This document shows, in pieces, positions 9,231 to 18,035 of a DNA stretch of 64,000 nt. The stretch is from the NCBI GenBank assembly GCA_041690395.1, contig JAWLHJ010000001.1, positions 320,001 through 384,000 on the forward strand, written 5' to 3'. A program made the translations under genes and the position numbers. The notes under the pieces are model-generated. The model ran no database searches. It was not told where the DNA came from and worked only from the letters and a program-made list of their open reading frames with translations. This DNA is from Longimicrobiales bacterium. GTDB taxonomy: Bacteria; Gemmatimonadota; Gemmatimonadetes; Longimicrobiales; Gaopeijiaceae. Within the stretch, counting starts at the first letter, position 1, and the number at the start of each line of letters is the position of its first letter.

Positions 9231-11927
9231 ATGACTCCGAACGATCGGAACACGGCCCCGACCCTGGTCGAGGACGAGGAGAGAGTAGAGACGATGGGGG
9301 AGCGATTCACGCTGCCGGTGCTGCCGCTGCGCGACACCGTGGTATACCCAGGTGTCGCGGTGCCCATCTCGGCCGGGCGTCCCGGGACCGTCGAGGCGGT
9401 CCAGGAAGCGCTCGACGGCGACCGGCGGTTGTTCGCGGTCGCTCAGCGCGAGAACGTGGACGATCCACAGCCGGAATACCTGTACAACGTCGGCACCATC
9501 GTCCGCATCATCCAGACACATCGCGTGCGCGGGGGCGTCCAGCTCCTGGTGCAGGGCGAGAGCCGGGCCCAGGCGATCTCGTATCGCTCCGAGGGCGACT
9601 CGATGCTCCATGCGGTCCTCCTCGAGATGGACCGGCAGGAGCCGCGCGACCCGTCGGATCCGGCATTCCAGGCGCTCGACCGCGAGCTCCGCGAGCGGGC
9701 CGCCGAGCTCGGCACCCGACGTGGCGTGCCGGCCGAAGCGCTGAACCAGCTCATCCGTGGCGTCGATGATCCCGGCCCGTTCGCCGACCTCGTCGCCTTC
9801 TACCTCGAGCTGGAGACCGCGGACAAGCAGCGCCTTCTCGAGACGCTCGACGACGAGGAGCGCATGCGCCAGTGCCTGGTCGCCGTGGAGCGCGAGCTGG
9901 CCCGGATCGATGCCCAGGAGGACATCCAGGCGAAGGTCCAGTCCGAGCTGGGCGAGCGGCAGCGCGAGATGCTCCTGCGCGAGCAGCTCAAGGCCATCCA
10001 GAAGGAGCTCGGCGAGGAGGAAGAGCGCGACGACGTCGAGGAGATGCGCCAGCGCATCGAGGAACTCGACCTGGGCGAGGAGCAGCGGTCGGAGGTCGAC
10101 CGGGAGCTTCGTCGCCTGGAGCGCACCAGCCCCCAGTCGGCCGAGTACCAGGTCATCCGCACCTTCCTGGAGTGGGTCACCGAGCTTCCGTGGCAGGAGC
10201 GCACCGACGAGAAGATCGATCTCAAGCGTGCCACGGAGATCATGGACGACGACCACCACGGCCTCGAGGACGTGAAGGACCGCGTGCTCGAGTTCCTGGC
10301 CGTCCGCAAGCTCTACCTCGAGCGCTCGGCGGCCAACGCCGAAGATGCGGCGGACTCGGACGACGCGGGCGTTCCGGAAGACGTGGGGGGCTCGGGCAAC
10401 GGTCAGGATGCCCTCCTGGGCAGTGACGACGCGGCCGACGAGCCCCACACGGATGCCGAGCCCGCCTCGGACGACGACGAAGAGCGAGCCGGACGGGGCC
10501 CGATCCTGCTGTTCGTCGGCCCTCCCGGCGTCGGTAAGACGTCCATCGCGCAGTCCATCGCCCGCTCGCTGGGGCGTAAGTACGTCCGGATCTCGCTGGG
10601 CGGCGCCCGCGACGAGGCGGACATCCGCGGCCACAGGCGCACCTACGTGGGGGCCATGCCCGGCCGCATCATCCAGGGCATGCGCCAGGCGAAGTCGAAA
10701 AACCCCGTCTTCCTGCTCGACGAGGTCGACAAGCTCGGCGTCTCGTTCCAGGGAGACCCGAGCTCGGCACTGCTCGAGGTGCTCGACCCGGCCCAGAACT
10801 CGACGTTCGTGGACCACTACCTCGGCATTCCGTTCGATCTCTCCGAGGTGCTGTTCATCGCCACCGCGAACTATCTCGACCGGATCCCCGGGCCGTTGCT
10901 CGACCGTATGGAGCGGGTCGACTTCGCCGGTTACACCGAGCGCGAGAAGCTGGCGATCGCGAAGAAGTACCTGCTCCCCAGGCAGCGGAAGGACGCGAGC
11001 CTGGAGGACGAGGAGCTGACCATGACCGACGAAGCCATCCTCGCGGTCATCCAGAGCTACACGCGGGAGTCGGGCGTACGCCAGCTGGAGCGGGAGATCG
11101 GCAAGTTCGCCCGGAAGGTCGCCCGGAAGATCGCGGCGAGCGACATCGAGCAGCTCGAGGCGACCGCCGACGACGTGCGGGAGTTCCTTGGCCGGCCGCG
11201 GGTGCACCCCGAGCGCATGGCCGACGAGGACACGGTCGGCGTGGCGACCGGCATGTTCTACACGCCCATGGGTGGCGACATCATGTTCGTCGAGGCCAGC
11301 GTCATGCCCGGCGAGAGCGGGTTCGTCCTGACGGGCCAGCTCGGCGATGTCATGAAGGAGTCGGCCAGGGCCGCGCTCTCCTACGCCAAGGCCCATTGGA
11401 AGGAGCTCGGTATCGCCGAGGAGGCGCTCCGCAAGCGAGAGGTCCACATCCACGTGCCGGCGGGCGCGATCCCGAAGGACGGACCGTCCGCGGGTATCAC
11501 GATGGCGACCGCCCTCATCTCGGCCGTCTCGGGTCGGAAGGTGCGGCGCGACGTGGCGATGACCGGCGAGCTCACGCTGACCGGCCGGGTGCTCCCGATC
11601 GGAGGCATCAAGGAGAAGGTGCTCGGTGCCGCGCGCGCCGGCATCAAGGAGATCGTGCTTCCGGTCGATAACGAGGCCGATCTCGAGGATCTCCCGGAAG
11701 AAGTGCGCAAGCAGCTCGTCTTCCACACGGCCGAGACGCTCGACGACGTGATCGAGGTCGCGCTCGGCGGGAAGAGCGGGGGCAAGGCGAACGGAGGGCC
11801 CGCGACGGCTTCGGCCAGGAAGAAGGCTCCGGCCAAGAAGAAGAGCCCCGCGAAGAAGAGTCCCGCGAAGAAGGAGCCTGCCAAGAAGGCTCCGGCGAAG
11901 AAGAAGCCGGCGAGCAAGAAGAAGTAG
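9231..11927 (+). CDS. lon: ATP-dependent Lon protease with acidic insertion and basic C-terminal tail
   Basis: LPVLPLRD N-domain, Walker A GPPGVGKT, Walker B LLDEVDK, PKDGPSAG catalytic Ser, GGIKEK catalytic Lys. Confidence 0.97.
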   Translation: MTPNDRNTAPTLVEDEERVETMGERFTLPVLPLRDTVVYPGVAVPISAGRPGTVEAVQEALDGDRRLFAVAQRENVDDPQPEYLYNVGTIVRIIQTHRVRGGVQLLVQGESRAQAISYRSEGDSMLHAVLLEMDRQEPRDPSDPAFQALDRELRERAAELGTRRGVPAEALNQLIRGVDDPGPFADLVAFYLELETADKQRLLETLDDEERMRQCLVAVERELARIDAQEDIQAKVQSELGERQREMLLREQLKAIQKELGEEEERDDVEEMRQRIEELDLGEEQRSEVDRELRRLERTSPQSAEYQVIRTFLEWVTELPWQERTDEKIDLKRATEIMDDDHHGLEDVKDRVLEFLAVRKLYLERSAANAEDAADSDDAGVPEDVGGSGNGQDALLGSDDAADEPHTDAEPASDDDEERAGRGPILLFVGPPGVGKTSIAQSIARSLGRKYVRISLGGARDEADIRGHRRTYVGAMPGRIIQGMRQAKSKNPVFLLDEVDKLGVSFQGDPSSALLEVLDPAQNSTFVDHYLGIPFDLSEVLFIATANYLDRIPGPLLDRMERVDFAGYTEREKLAIAKKYLLPRQRKDASLEDEELTMTDEAILAVIQSYTRESGVRQLEREIGKFARKVARKIAASDIEQLEATADDVREFLGRPRVHPERMADEDTVGVATGMFYTPMGGDIMFVEASVMPGESGFVLTGQLGDVMKESARAALSYAKAHWKELGIAEEALRKREVHIHVPAGAIPKDGPSAGITMATALISAVSGRKVRRDVAMTGELTLTGRVLPIGGIKEKVLGAARAGIKEIVLPVDNEADLEDLPEEVRKQLVFHTAETLDDVIEVALGGKSGGKANGGPATASARKKAPAKKKSPAKKSPAKKEPAKKAPAKKKPASKKK

Positions 11928-11969
11928 GCGGCTCGCGGCGACCGGAACGGACCCGAGAGGCCGGGCGCG

Positions 11970-13031
11970 TCACTCCACGACGATGCGCCCGGCCTCTCCT
12001 CGTTCCACGACTCCGACCACGGCGGCGACCGGGGCTGCGCCCTCCAGCCACGACAGAACGCCATCCAACCGGTCGGGCGGCACGGCCATGAGCAGCCCGC
12101 CGGACGTTTGCGCATCGGCGAGCAGCGTCCGCTGAGCCTCGGAGACATCCGGGCCGAACGTCACGTCCGGGGCCAGGTCCTCCAGGTTGCGCCGCGTCCC
12201 TCCCGGGACGTGACCGGCTGCCAGGAGCTCGGCCGCGCCCTCGAGCAGCGGCACGTCGGCCGCGTGTAGGCGCGCGCTGGCCTTCGACGCCCGGAGCATG
12301 CTGCGCAGATGCCCCAGAAGCCCGAAGCCCGTGACGTCCGTGGCGGCCCGCAGCCCGGCCGCCACCATCGCCTCGGCGGCACCGCGGTTGAGGGTGGCCA
12401 TGCTGCTCACCGCGCCCGCGACCACCGGGGCGGATGCCGCGCCGGCCTTGATCGCCGTGGCGATGATGCCCGCGCCCAGCGGCTTCGTCAGAACGAGGAC
12501 ATCCCCGGGCCGCGCGCCGGCATTCGTGACCATCCGCCCTGGGTCGACCTCGCCGATCGCGACCATGCCGTACTTCGGCTCGGCGTCGTCGATGGTGTGG
12601 CCACCGAGGATGGGGATGCCGGCCTCCCTCGCGATCTCACCGCCTCCCCGCAGGATCTCCTCGAGCAGCCCTTCGGAGAGGAGCTTCCGCGGAAATCCGA
12701 CGAGGTTCAGGGCGAAGAGCGGCCTGGCCCCCATCGCGTAGACGTCGGACAGCGCGTTAGCTGCGGCGATCCGTCCGAAGTCGAAGGGGTCGTCGACGAT
12801 GGGCGTGAAGAAGTCCGCGGTCACCACGAGCGCGCGATCCGCCGACAAGCGATACACGGCGGCGTCGTCGCCCGTCGTGTGACCGACGAGGACGTTCGGG
12901 TCGTCCACGGGGAGCATGTGACGCAACACGTGCGCCAACTCGGCCATGCCGAGCTTACACGCTCAGCCGGCGCCGTGACTGAGCTGGGACAGCCGGATTG
13001 CCGGCCGCTGGTCCCGCGGCTCGTTCGTCAT
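11970..13031 (-). CDS. selD: selenide, water dikinase, selenocysteine-containing (TGA at 12963-12965)
   Basis: ATG 13031 after GGAGGAG; RLSQLSHGAG-TGA-ACKLG continues in frame into DDAAVY, DFFTPIVDDP, ANALSDVYAMG, GGHT, TDVTGFGLLGH, DAQTSGGLL. Confidence 0.95.
12927..12962 (-). promoter_or_regulatory. putative SECIS element of selD
   Basis: Directly 3' of the UGA: upper stem AGCUCGGC-AUG-GCCGAGUU, plus possible lower CGUGU/GCACG pairing. Confidence 0.7.
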
Positions 13032-13238
13032 CGCTCCTCCGAGGTCGGGGTGGACGGGGCGGGCCCCGAACCGCCTGCGTCGGGACCATGGTCGCGCTCT
13101 GGACGCGTCGGAAGGTGGCGCCGACCGCGTCCCGAGGAAACCCGAGCGACGAACGGTGTAGCCACGGACGGAGCGGCACCGGAGGGGTCGGTGTCGCGGA
13201 AGGGCGTCAGGCCCTTCCGGATTCACCAGGGAGACGAC

Positions 13239-14090
13239 GTGAGTCATAGAGAATCGCCACGCGGGTTGTTGGCCGAGGAGCTGTCGGCACCCGAGCCGGA
13301 CATGGATCTGGCTCGGGCGGCGCTGCTCATCGCCCAGGAGGAGTACCCGCAGCTCTCGGTCGAGCTCTACCTCGCGCGGCTCGATCAGATCGCCGAGGAG
13401 GTGAAGGACCGCCTCGCCGACGAGACCGCGCCCCTGCTGGTGCTCCAGGAAATGCTCGACACGCTCTACCGCCGTCGTAGCTTCGGCGCGAACCGGAAGG
13501 CCTACTACGACCCGCGCAACTCCTTCCTGAACGACGTGCTCGACCGGGGGGTGGGCATTCCGCTCACCCTGGGGATGGTGGTGCTCGAGGTCGGATGGCG
13601 TCTCGGGCTGCCGCTCGAGGGCGTCAACTTCCCGGGCCACTTCCTGGTGCGCTTCCGGGGCGAGGCCGTGGACCTGCTCGTGGATCCGTTCGACGGCGGG
13701 AAGCTCCGTTTCGAGGACCAGGCCCAGGAGCTCCTCGACCGCGCGTACGGCGGGGTGGTCCGCCTCCAGCCTTCGTTCATGCGTGAGGCCACCCGGCGCG
13801 ACATGCTGGTGCGCATGCTCACTAACCTGAAGGGTGTCTACATGCGCGTCGCCGATCATCACCGGGCTCTGGCCGCGGTCGAGCGCATTCTGATGCTGAC
13901 GCCGACCGCCCCGACCGAGAACCGGTCGCGCGGCCTGCTGCTCGCGCGGCTGGGCCGGAGGGAAGAGGCCGCCACCCAGCTCGAGAAGTACCTGCGGGTG
14001 GCGCCCGGGGCCGCCGACGCCGACCGGGTCGAGGACATGCTGCGCGACCTCAAGGCGGGACGCGATCCCGCCGACGTGGAGGGATTGTGA
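13239..14090 (+). CDS. SirB1-family transglutaminase-like/TPR protein
   Basis: YYDPRNSFLNDVLDRGVGIPLTL, GVNFPGHFLVR, VDPFDGG, RMLTNLK, C-terminal TPR; GTG start after AGGGAG. Confidence 0.85.
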   Translation: MSHRESPRGLLAEELSAPEPDMDLARAALLIAQEEYPQLSVELYLARLDQIAEEVKDRLADETAPLLVLQEMLDTLYRRRSFGANRKAYYDPRNSFLNDVLDRGVGIPLTLGMVVLEVGWRLGLPLEGVNFPGHFLVRFRGEAVDLLVDPFDGGKLRFEDQAQELLDRAYGGVVRLQPSFMREATRRDMLVRMLTNLKGVYMRVADHHRALAAVERILMLTPTAPTENRSRGLLLARLGRREEAATQLEKYLRVAPGAADADRVEDMLRDLKAGRDPADVEGL

Positions 14091-15136
14091 CCGACACGAC
14101 GACGCGAAACGCCACGCTCCGGGAAGCCGCCGTGTCTCCCGGCTACGAGGCCGCGACGGGCGGGTTGGCCCTGCTCGACCGATCGGGGCGGGCTCGCCTG
14201 CGCGTGCACGGCCGCGCCCCGAGGCAGATGCTGAACGGGATCCTCACCGGCACGCTTCCCGAGCCGCCGGTGGTCGACGAGGCCGGAGTGGCGCGCGGCA
14301 CCGCCACCTACCATGCGGTGCTCACGCCGAAGGGGAAGATGGTGACCGACCTCTGGGCGCTGCTCTCCGTGGACGAAGAGGAAGGAGGCTTCCTGCTGGA
14401 CGTTCCCGAGGCCGGCGCGCCGGGGCTCTTCGAGCATTTGAGGAAGGTTCTACCCCCGCGGCTCGCCCGCCTGGACGACGTGAGCACCGACACCGGCATG
14501 TTGGCTGTGGTCGGTCCCGAGGCGACGGCGGCGCTGTCACGGATCCTGTTCGGGCTGCGGCTCGAGGCCGACCGGCTCACGGGGCTCGGTGAGGGAGGCT
14601 GGCTGAGGCTCGGCGCCGACGGACCTGTGGTCGTGCGGAGTCGCGACGTGCGCCCGGACACGTACTACGTCGTGGGAGAGCGGACCGCGGTCGGCGCGCT
14701 GGGGAAGCGCCTGGTGGAGGCCGGCGCGGTGACGATGACGACGGACGACTGGGATACGCTCCGGGTCGAGGCGGGCCGTCCGGCGTTCGGGGTCGATATG
14801 ACCGACGCGACCATCCCCATCGAGGCCGGCATCCACGACCGGGCCATCGACTATCAGAAGGGGTGCTACACGGGGCAGGAGGTGATCGTCCGGATCCGCG
14901 ACCGCGGACACGTGAACCGTCATCTCCGGAGGCTCGTGTTGGGCGACGTGCCGCTGCCCGAGCCCGGCACCGAGCTGTTCGCCCCCGGCGACGACGCGAA
15001 GGCCGTGGGGTGGATCACCTCCGCGGTGCGCTCGCCCGCGGAAGACGGCGTGGTCGTGTTGGCCTACGTGCGTCGGGGCGTCGAGGCCATCGACTTCGCG
15101 GGCAGCGAGATCGCCGTGGACTCCGGCACGCTATAG
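14087..15136 (+). CDS. ygfZ: YgfZ/GcvT-family folate-binding protein
   Basis: KGCYTGQE signature, LTPKGKMV, LRVEAGRP; start overlaps upstream stop. Confidence 0.85.
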   Translation: MTDTTTRNATLREAAVSPGYEAATGGLALLDRSGRARLRVHGRAPRQMLNGILTGTLPEPPVVDEAGVARGTATYHAVLTPKGKMVTDLWALLSVDEEEGGFLLDVPEAGAPGLFEHLRKVLPPRLARLDDVSTDTGMLAVVGPEATAALSRILFGLRLEADRLTGLGEGGWLRLGADGPVVVRSRDVRPDTYYVVGERTAVGALGKRLVEAGAVTMTTDDWDTLRVEAGRPAFGVDMTDATIPIEAGIHDRAIDYQKGCYTGQEVIVRIRDRGHVNRHLRRLVLGDVPLPEPGTELFAPGDDAKAVGWITSAVRSPAEDGVVVLAYVRRGVEAIDFAGSEIAVDSGTL

Positions 15137-15751
15137 GCCGGGCAGCTCCTCCAACGCGGCCCGGATGTCCTCGTTCTCCGGGCGGACGCGGTAGTTCACC
15201 TCGGTCATCTTCCAGCGAACGATGCCGTCGCGGTCGATGACGTACGTGGTCGGGTGCGGAATCAGCCGGTCGGGAGCCGCGTCCTCGTTCAGGAGCCCGT
15301 AGCGCCCGATGACCGCGGCGCCGGGGTCCGACAGGAGCATGTAGTCGATGACGCGCCCTCCCGTCTCCTCCCGCACGCGATCGACCATGAGCTGGAGCTC
15401 CTCCGGTCCGTCCGACGCGACGGCCACGATCTCCGTGGTCTGGTTCCGCTCATCCGTGAGCATGTCCTGCAGCTCCCCGAGCTGCTGCGCGCAGTAGGGT
15501 CACCAGTGGCCGCGGTAGAAGACGAGAACCACGTCCTTCTCACCGCGAAAGTCGGAGAGGCGCACCGGTTCGCCTGCCAGCGAAGCGAGTCGGAAGTCGG
15601 GAGCCTCGTCGCCCACGGCGACCCTTTCGAGATCCGCCGGTGGGAGGGCCTGGTCGTCGAGGGGCCCGAGGCGGTCATCGGCTCCGGCGGAGCAGGAGGC
15701 CGTGAGCAGGGCCGCGGTCACGACCGAGAGGGATCGTGGGCTGAATCTCAT
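15131..15751 (-). CDS. AhpC/TSA peroxiredoxin-like lipoprotein, selenocysteine-containing (TGA at 15500-15502, UxxC)
   Basis: ORFs 15500..15784 and 15131..15463 share a frame: LLTASC lipobox, VGDEAPDFRL, VVLVFYRGHW-TGA-PYCAQQLGEL, LLSDP, PHPTTYVIDRDGIVRW. Confidence 0.92.
15469..15485 (-). promoter_or_regulatory. putative SECIS apical hairpin of the peroxiredoxin-like gene
   Basis: Perfect GCAGCUC-GGG-GAGCUGC hairpin beginning after a 14-nt spacer 3' of the UGA. Confidence 0.7.
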
Positions 15752-15852
15752 AGGGGGTCCCGGCTGGAAAGGGGCGCGCACCATCTCACCAGGGAATCAA
15801 TGAACCGCGCGTGCGGTTCCCCGTCACGGGCAAGGCGCCCGCAACCAGGGCG

Positions 15853-15872
15853 TCGTTACACATCTGTAACGA
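15853..15872. promoter_or_regulatory. palindromic operator-like site
   Basis: TCGTTACA-catc-TGTAACGA, perfect 8-bp inverted repeat, AT-rich, between divergent genes. Confidence 0.5.
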
Positions 15873-15945
15873 TTTCGTCGAACTGGGAGCGCCCCCGCTC
15901 CGAGTGGTGTATCGTGGATGAACGTCCCACCACTGGGAGGCCCTC

Positions 15946-16353
15946 ATGCGCACCTTCATCCTCGGCCGCGTCGCCTTGCTCGCAACCTTCGTCGTCGTCG
16001 GCACCGCCGGCTGCGCCGCGACCGCGGGCCCATGGAAGGCGCACGACGTCACCCACGACCTGAAACGGAACGCCTCGGATCCGACGGCGCGCTGTCCCGT
16101 CGTGTTCTCGAACGACACTGGCGCGTTGATCGAGGCCGGGTACTTCTCCCAGGGCGTCGAGTCGTCGGTCGGCATGATCCCGTCCGGGCACAGCCTCGAG
16201 GTCGCGGTCTCGTGCCGTGACGAGCGCATCGAAGCGTTCGCCGTCGCGGACCAGGGCCTGGTCGGCGGGACGGCCAGGTACCGCAAGGCGGCGCGCCTGA
16301 ACCTCGCACAGGTCACCCACCTCGACATCACGGCCGCCGATCGCGTTCGCTGA
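15946..16353 (+). CDS. hypothetical lipoprotein
   Basis: GGGAGG RBS, lipobox GTAGC, beta-rich mature part with two Cys. Confidence 0.7.
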   Translation: MRTFILGRVALLATFVVVGTAGCAATAGPWKAHDVTHDLKRNASDPTARCPVVFSNDTGALIEAGYFSQGVESSVGMIPSGHSLEVAVSCRDERIEAFAVADQGLVGGTARYRKAARLNLAQVTHLDITAADRVR

Positions 16354-16433
16354 GTCAGGGCGGTCGGCCTGGCAGACGCGCCCGCGCCTCCCTCCCACCT
16401 TCCTCGACAGCGTTGGTGGGCGGCTCTCGCGAG

Positions 16434-16579
16434 TTCGAAAGTCGTTCGAAAGTCGAACGACTTGGAGAGGGGATCGAGAGGCGAAGCCCGAGAGGATCTC
16501 CGCGCCACACCGGGCCTTCAGAGCCCACGGCATCCTACGCGTGACGGAAACGATGGTTCGAAGATCGAACGACTTGCGA
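16434..16579 (+). repeat. REPIN/MITE-like element family A, copy 1
   Basis: Ends TTCGAAAGTCGTTCGAAAGTCGAACGACTT and GTGACGG..GGTTCGAAGATCGAACGA; colinear with copies at 42518 and 52173. Confidence 0.8.
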
Positions 16580-16694
16580 GGAGGCGGAACGAGAAGTCAC
16601 GCGCCATGGGATGCGCACCACGAATCCGATCTTCTTACCTTGAGGGCTGCCCAGCCCGCCGCCATCCAGACCGAAGACGCGAAGGTCGAGATCG

Positions 16695-18032
16695 TTGAGA
16701 GCCGAGATACCCCACGCGCGAGACGCGCGAGCCGTCGCCGTCCCGTTCGTCCTCATGCTATGCCTCGTCCTTCCGACGGCGGCCACGGCGCAGCTTCCCG
16801 CCGGCTTCACCAACGGGAGTATCGATCGCCCGGCCGTGTTCCTCGACTGCCAGTCCGGTCCGAACTGCAACGAGTCGCAGTTCCGCACCGAGATCACCTT
16901 CGTGAACTGGGCGCGCGACCGGGCCGACAGCGACGTGCACATCATCTTCACGAGCCAGGGGATGGGCGGCGGGAACCGACGGTACACCCTGGACTTCGTG
17001 GGACGCGGACGCTTCGAAGGGCTGGATGACGCCCTCACGTTCCAGTCCAGCGGTCAGGACGTGCAGGCCGAGACCATGGACGGCTTGGCGCGTACACTGC
17101 GCATCGGTCTGCTGCGGTACGCCGTGGCCGTCGGCCTCGGACCGGAGATGGACGTTCGCTTCTCGGGCGACGCCGCCCGCGTTTCCGGCGAGGACGACGA
17201 CGCGGAGGACGCGTTCTACGATCCGTGGAACTCCTGGACGTTCCGCGTGGCCGTCTCCGGCGATCTGGATCTCCGCGAGACCGAGTCGTCGACGCGCCTC
17301 AACCCCCAGTTCAACGCGGACCGGGTCACGGAAGATTGGAAGCTGAATCTGGGGAGCCGGATCGACCTGCGCCGCCAGCGCCGTGACCTCGCCGACGGCC
17401 GCGAGGTGCGCGACGACCGCAACGACTGGAGCCTTACCGCCCTCGCCGTCCGTACGGTGGGTCCGCACATGGGAATCGGGGTCGACACCGATTTCCGGAA
17501 CTCCGTGCGGCGGAACCAGAATGCCCGTGTGCGGATCAGTCCTGCGGTGGAATACAACTACTACCCCTACGCGGAAGCGACGCGGCGCCAGTTCATCGCG
17601 CACTACTCGGTGGGGGTCGAGCACTCCAGCTACATCGAGCCGACGATCTTCGGCGTCGAAGAGGAGACGCTGCCGGTGCACCGCGTGGGCGTGCAGTACC
17701 GGGCGCGGGAGGAATGGGGCAATGCCGGTCTCGGGATCGACGCGAACCAGTACCTGCACGACGGCGGGGAGTTCTACAGCTTCGGCGTGAGCGGCGACCT
17801 GAGCTACCGGATTCTCAGGGGGCTCGAGCTGAACTTCTCGGCGGGGGCCTCACGTGTGAACGACAACATCCACACCCCGGCGGGCGAGATCTCGGACGAG
17901 GACATCCTGCTCGGTCGCCAGAGCCTGCCTTCCGGATACCAGTACGACGCGTCGTTGGGGCTCAGCTACCGGTGGGGATCGTCGTTCGCCAACATCGTGA
18001 ACAACCGGTTCCCACGGTCGGTGCGGTGGTAG
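16695..18032 (+). CDS. hypothetical outer-membrane beta-barrel protein
   Basis: Signal peptide (ATA-Q), N-terminal VFLDC..C domain, alternating beta-strand pattern, GLSYRWG near C-terminus. Confidence 0.75.
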   Translation: MRAEIPHARDARAVAVPFVLMLCLVLPTAATAQLPAGFTNGSIDRPAVFLDCQSGPNCNESQFRTEITFVNWARDRADSDVHIIFTSQGMGGGNRRYTLDFVGRGRFEGLDDALTFQSSGQDVQAETMDGLARTLRIGLLRYAVAVGLGPEMDVRFSGDAARVSGEDDDAEDAFYDPWNSWTFRVAVSGDLDLRETESSTRLNPQFNADRVTEDWKLNLGSRIDLRRQRRDLADGREVRDDRNDWSLTALAVRTVGPHMGIGVDTDFRNSVRRNQNARVRISPAVEYNYYPYAEATRRQFIAHYSVGVEHSSYIEPTIFGVEEETLPVHRVGVQYRAREEWGNAGLGIDANQYLHDGGEFYSFGVSGDLSYRILRGLELNFSAGASRVNDNIHTPAGEISDEDILLGRQSLPSGYQYDASLGLSYRWGSSFANIVNNRFPRSVRW

Positions 18033-18035
18033 GGC

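Noticed and set aside
12963..15502. selD and the peroxiredoxin-like gene as nonsense pseudogenes
   Set aside because: Both TGAs fall exactly at catalytic Cys positions and are followed by SECIS-like hairpins.
16433..16447. GTTC-N7-GTTC LexA-like box
   Set aside because: Arises from the internal periodicity of the family A end and is not upstream of SOS genes.
16434..16579. Family A repeats as a CRISPR array
   Set aside because: Only two repeat units per locus, long homologous spacers, dispersed copies, no cas genes.
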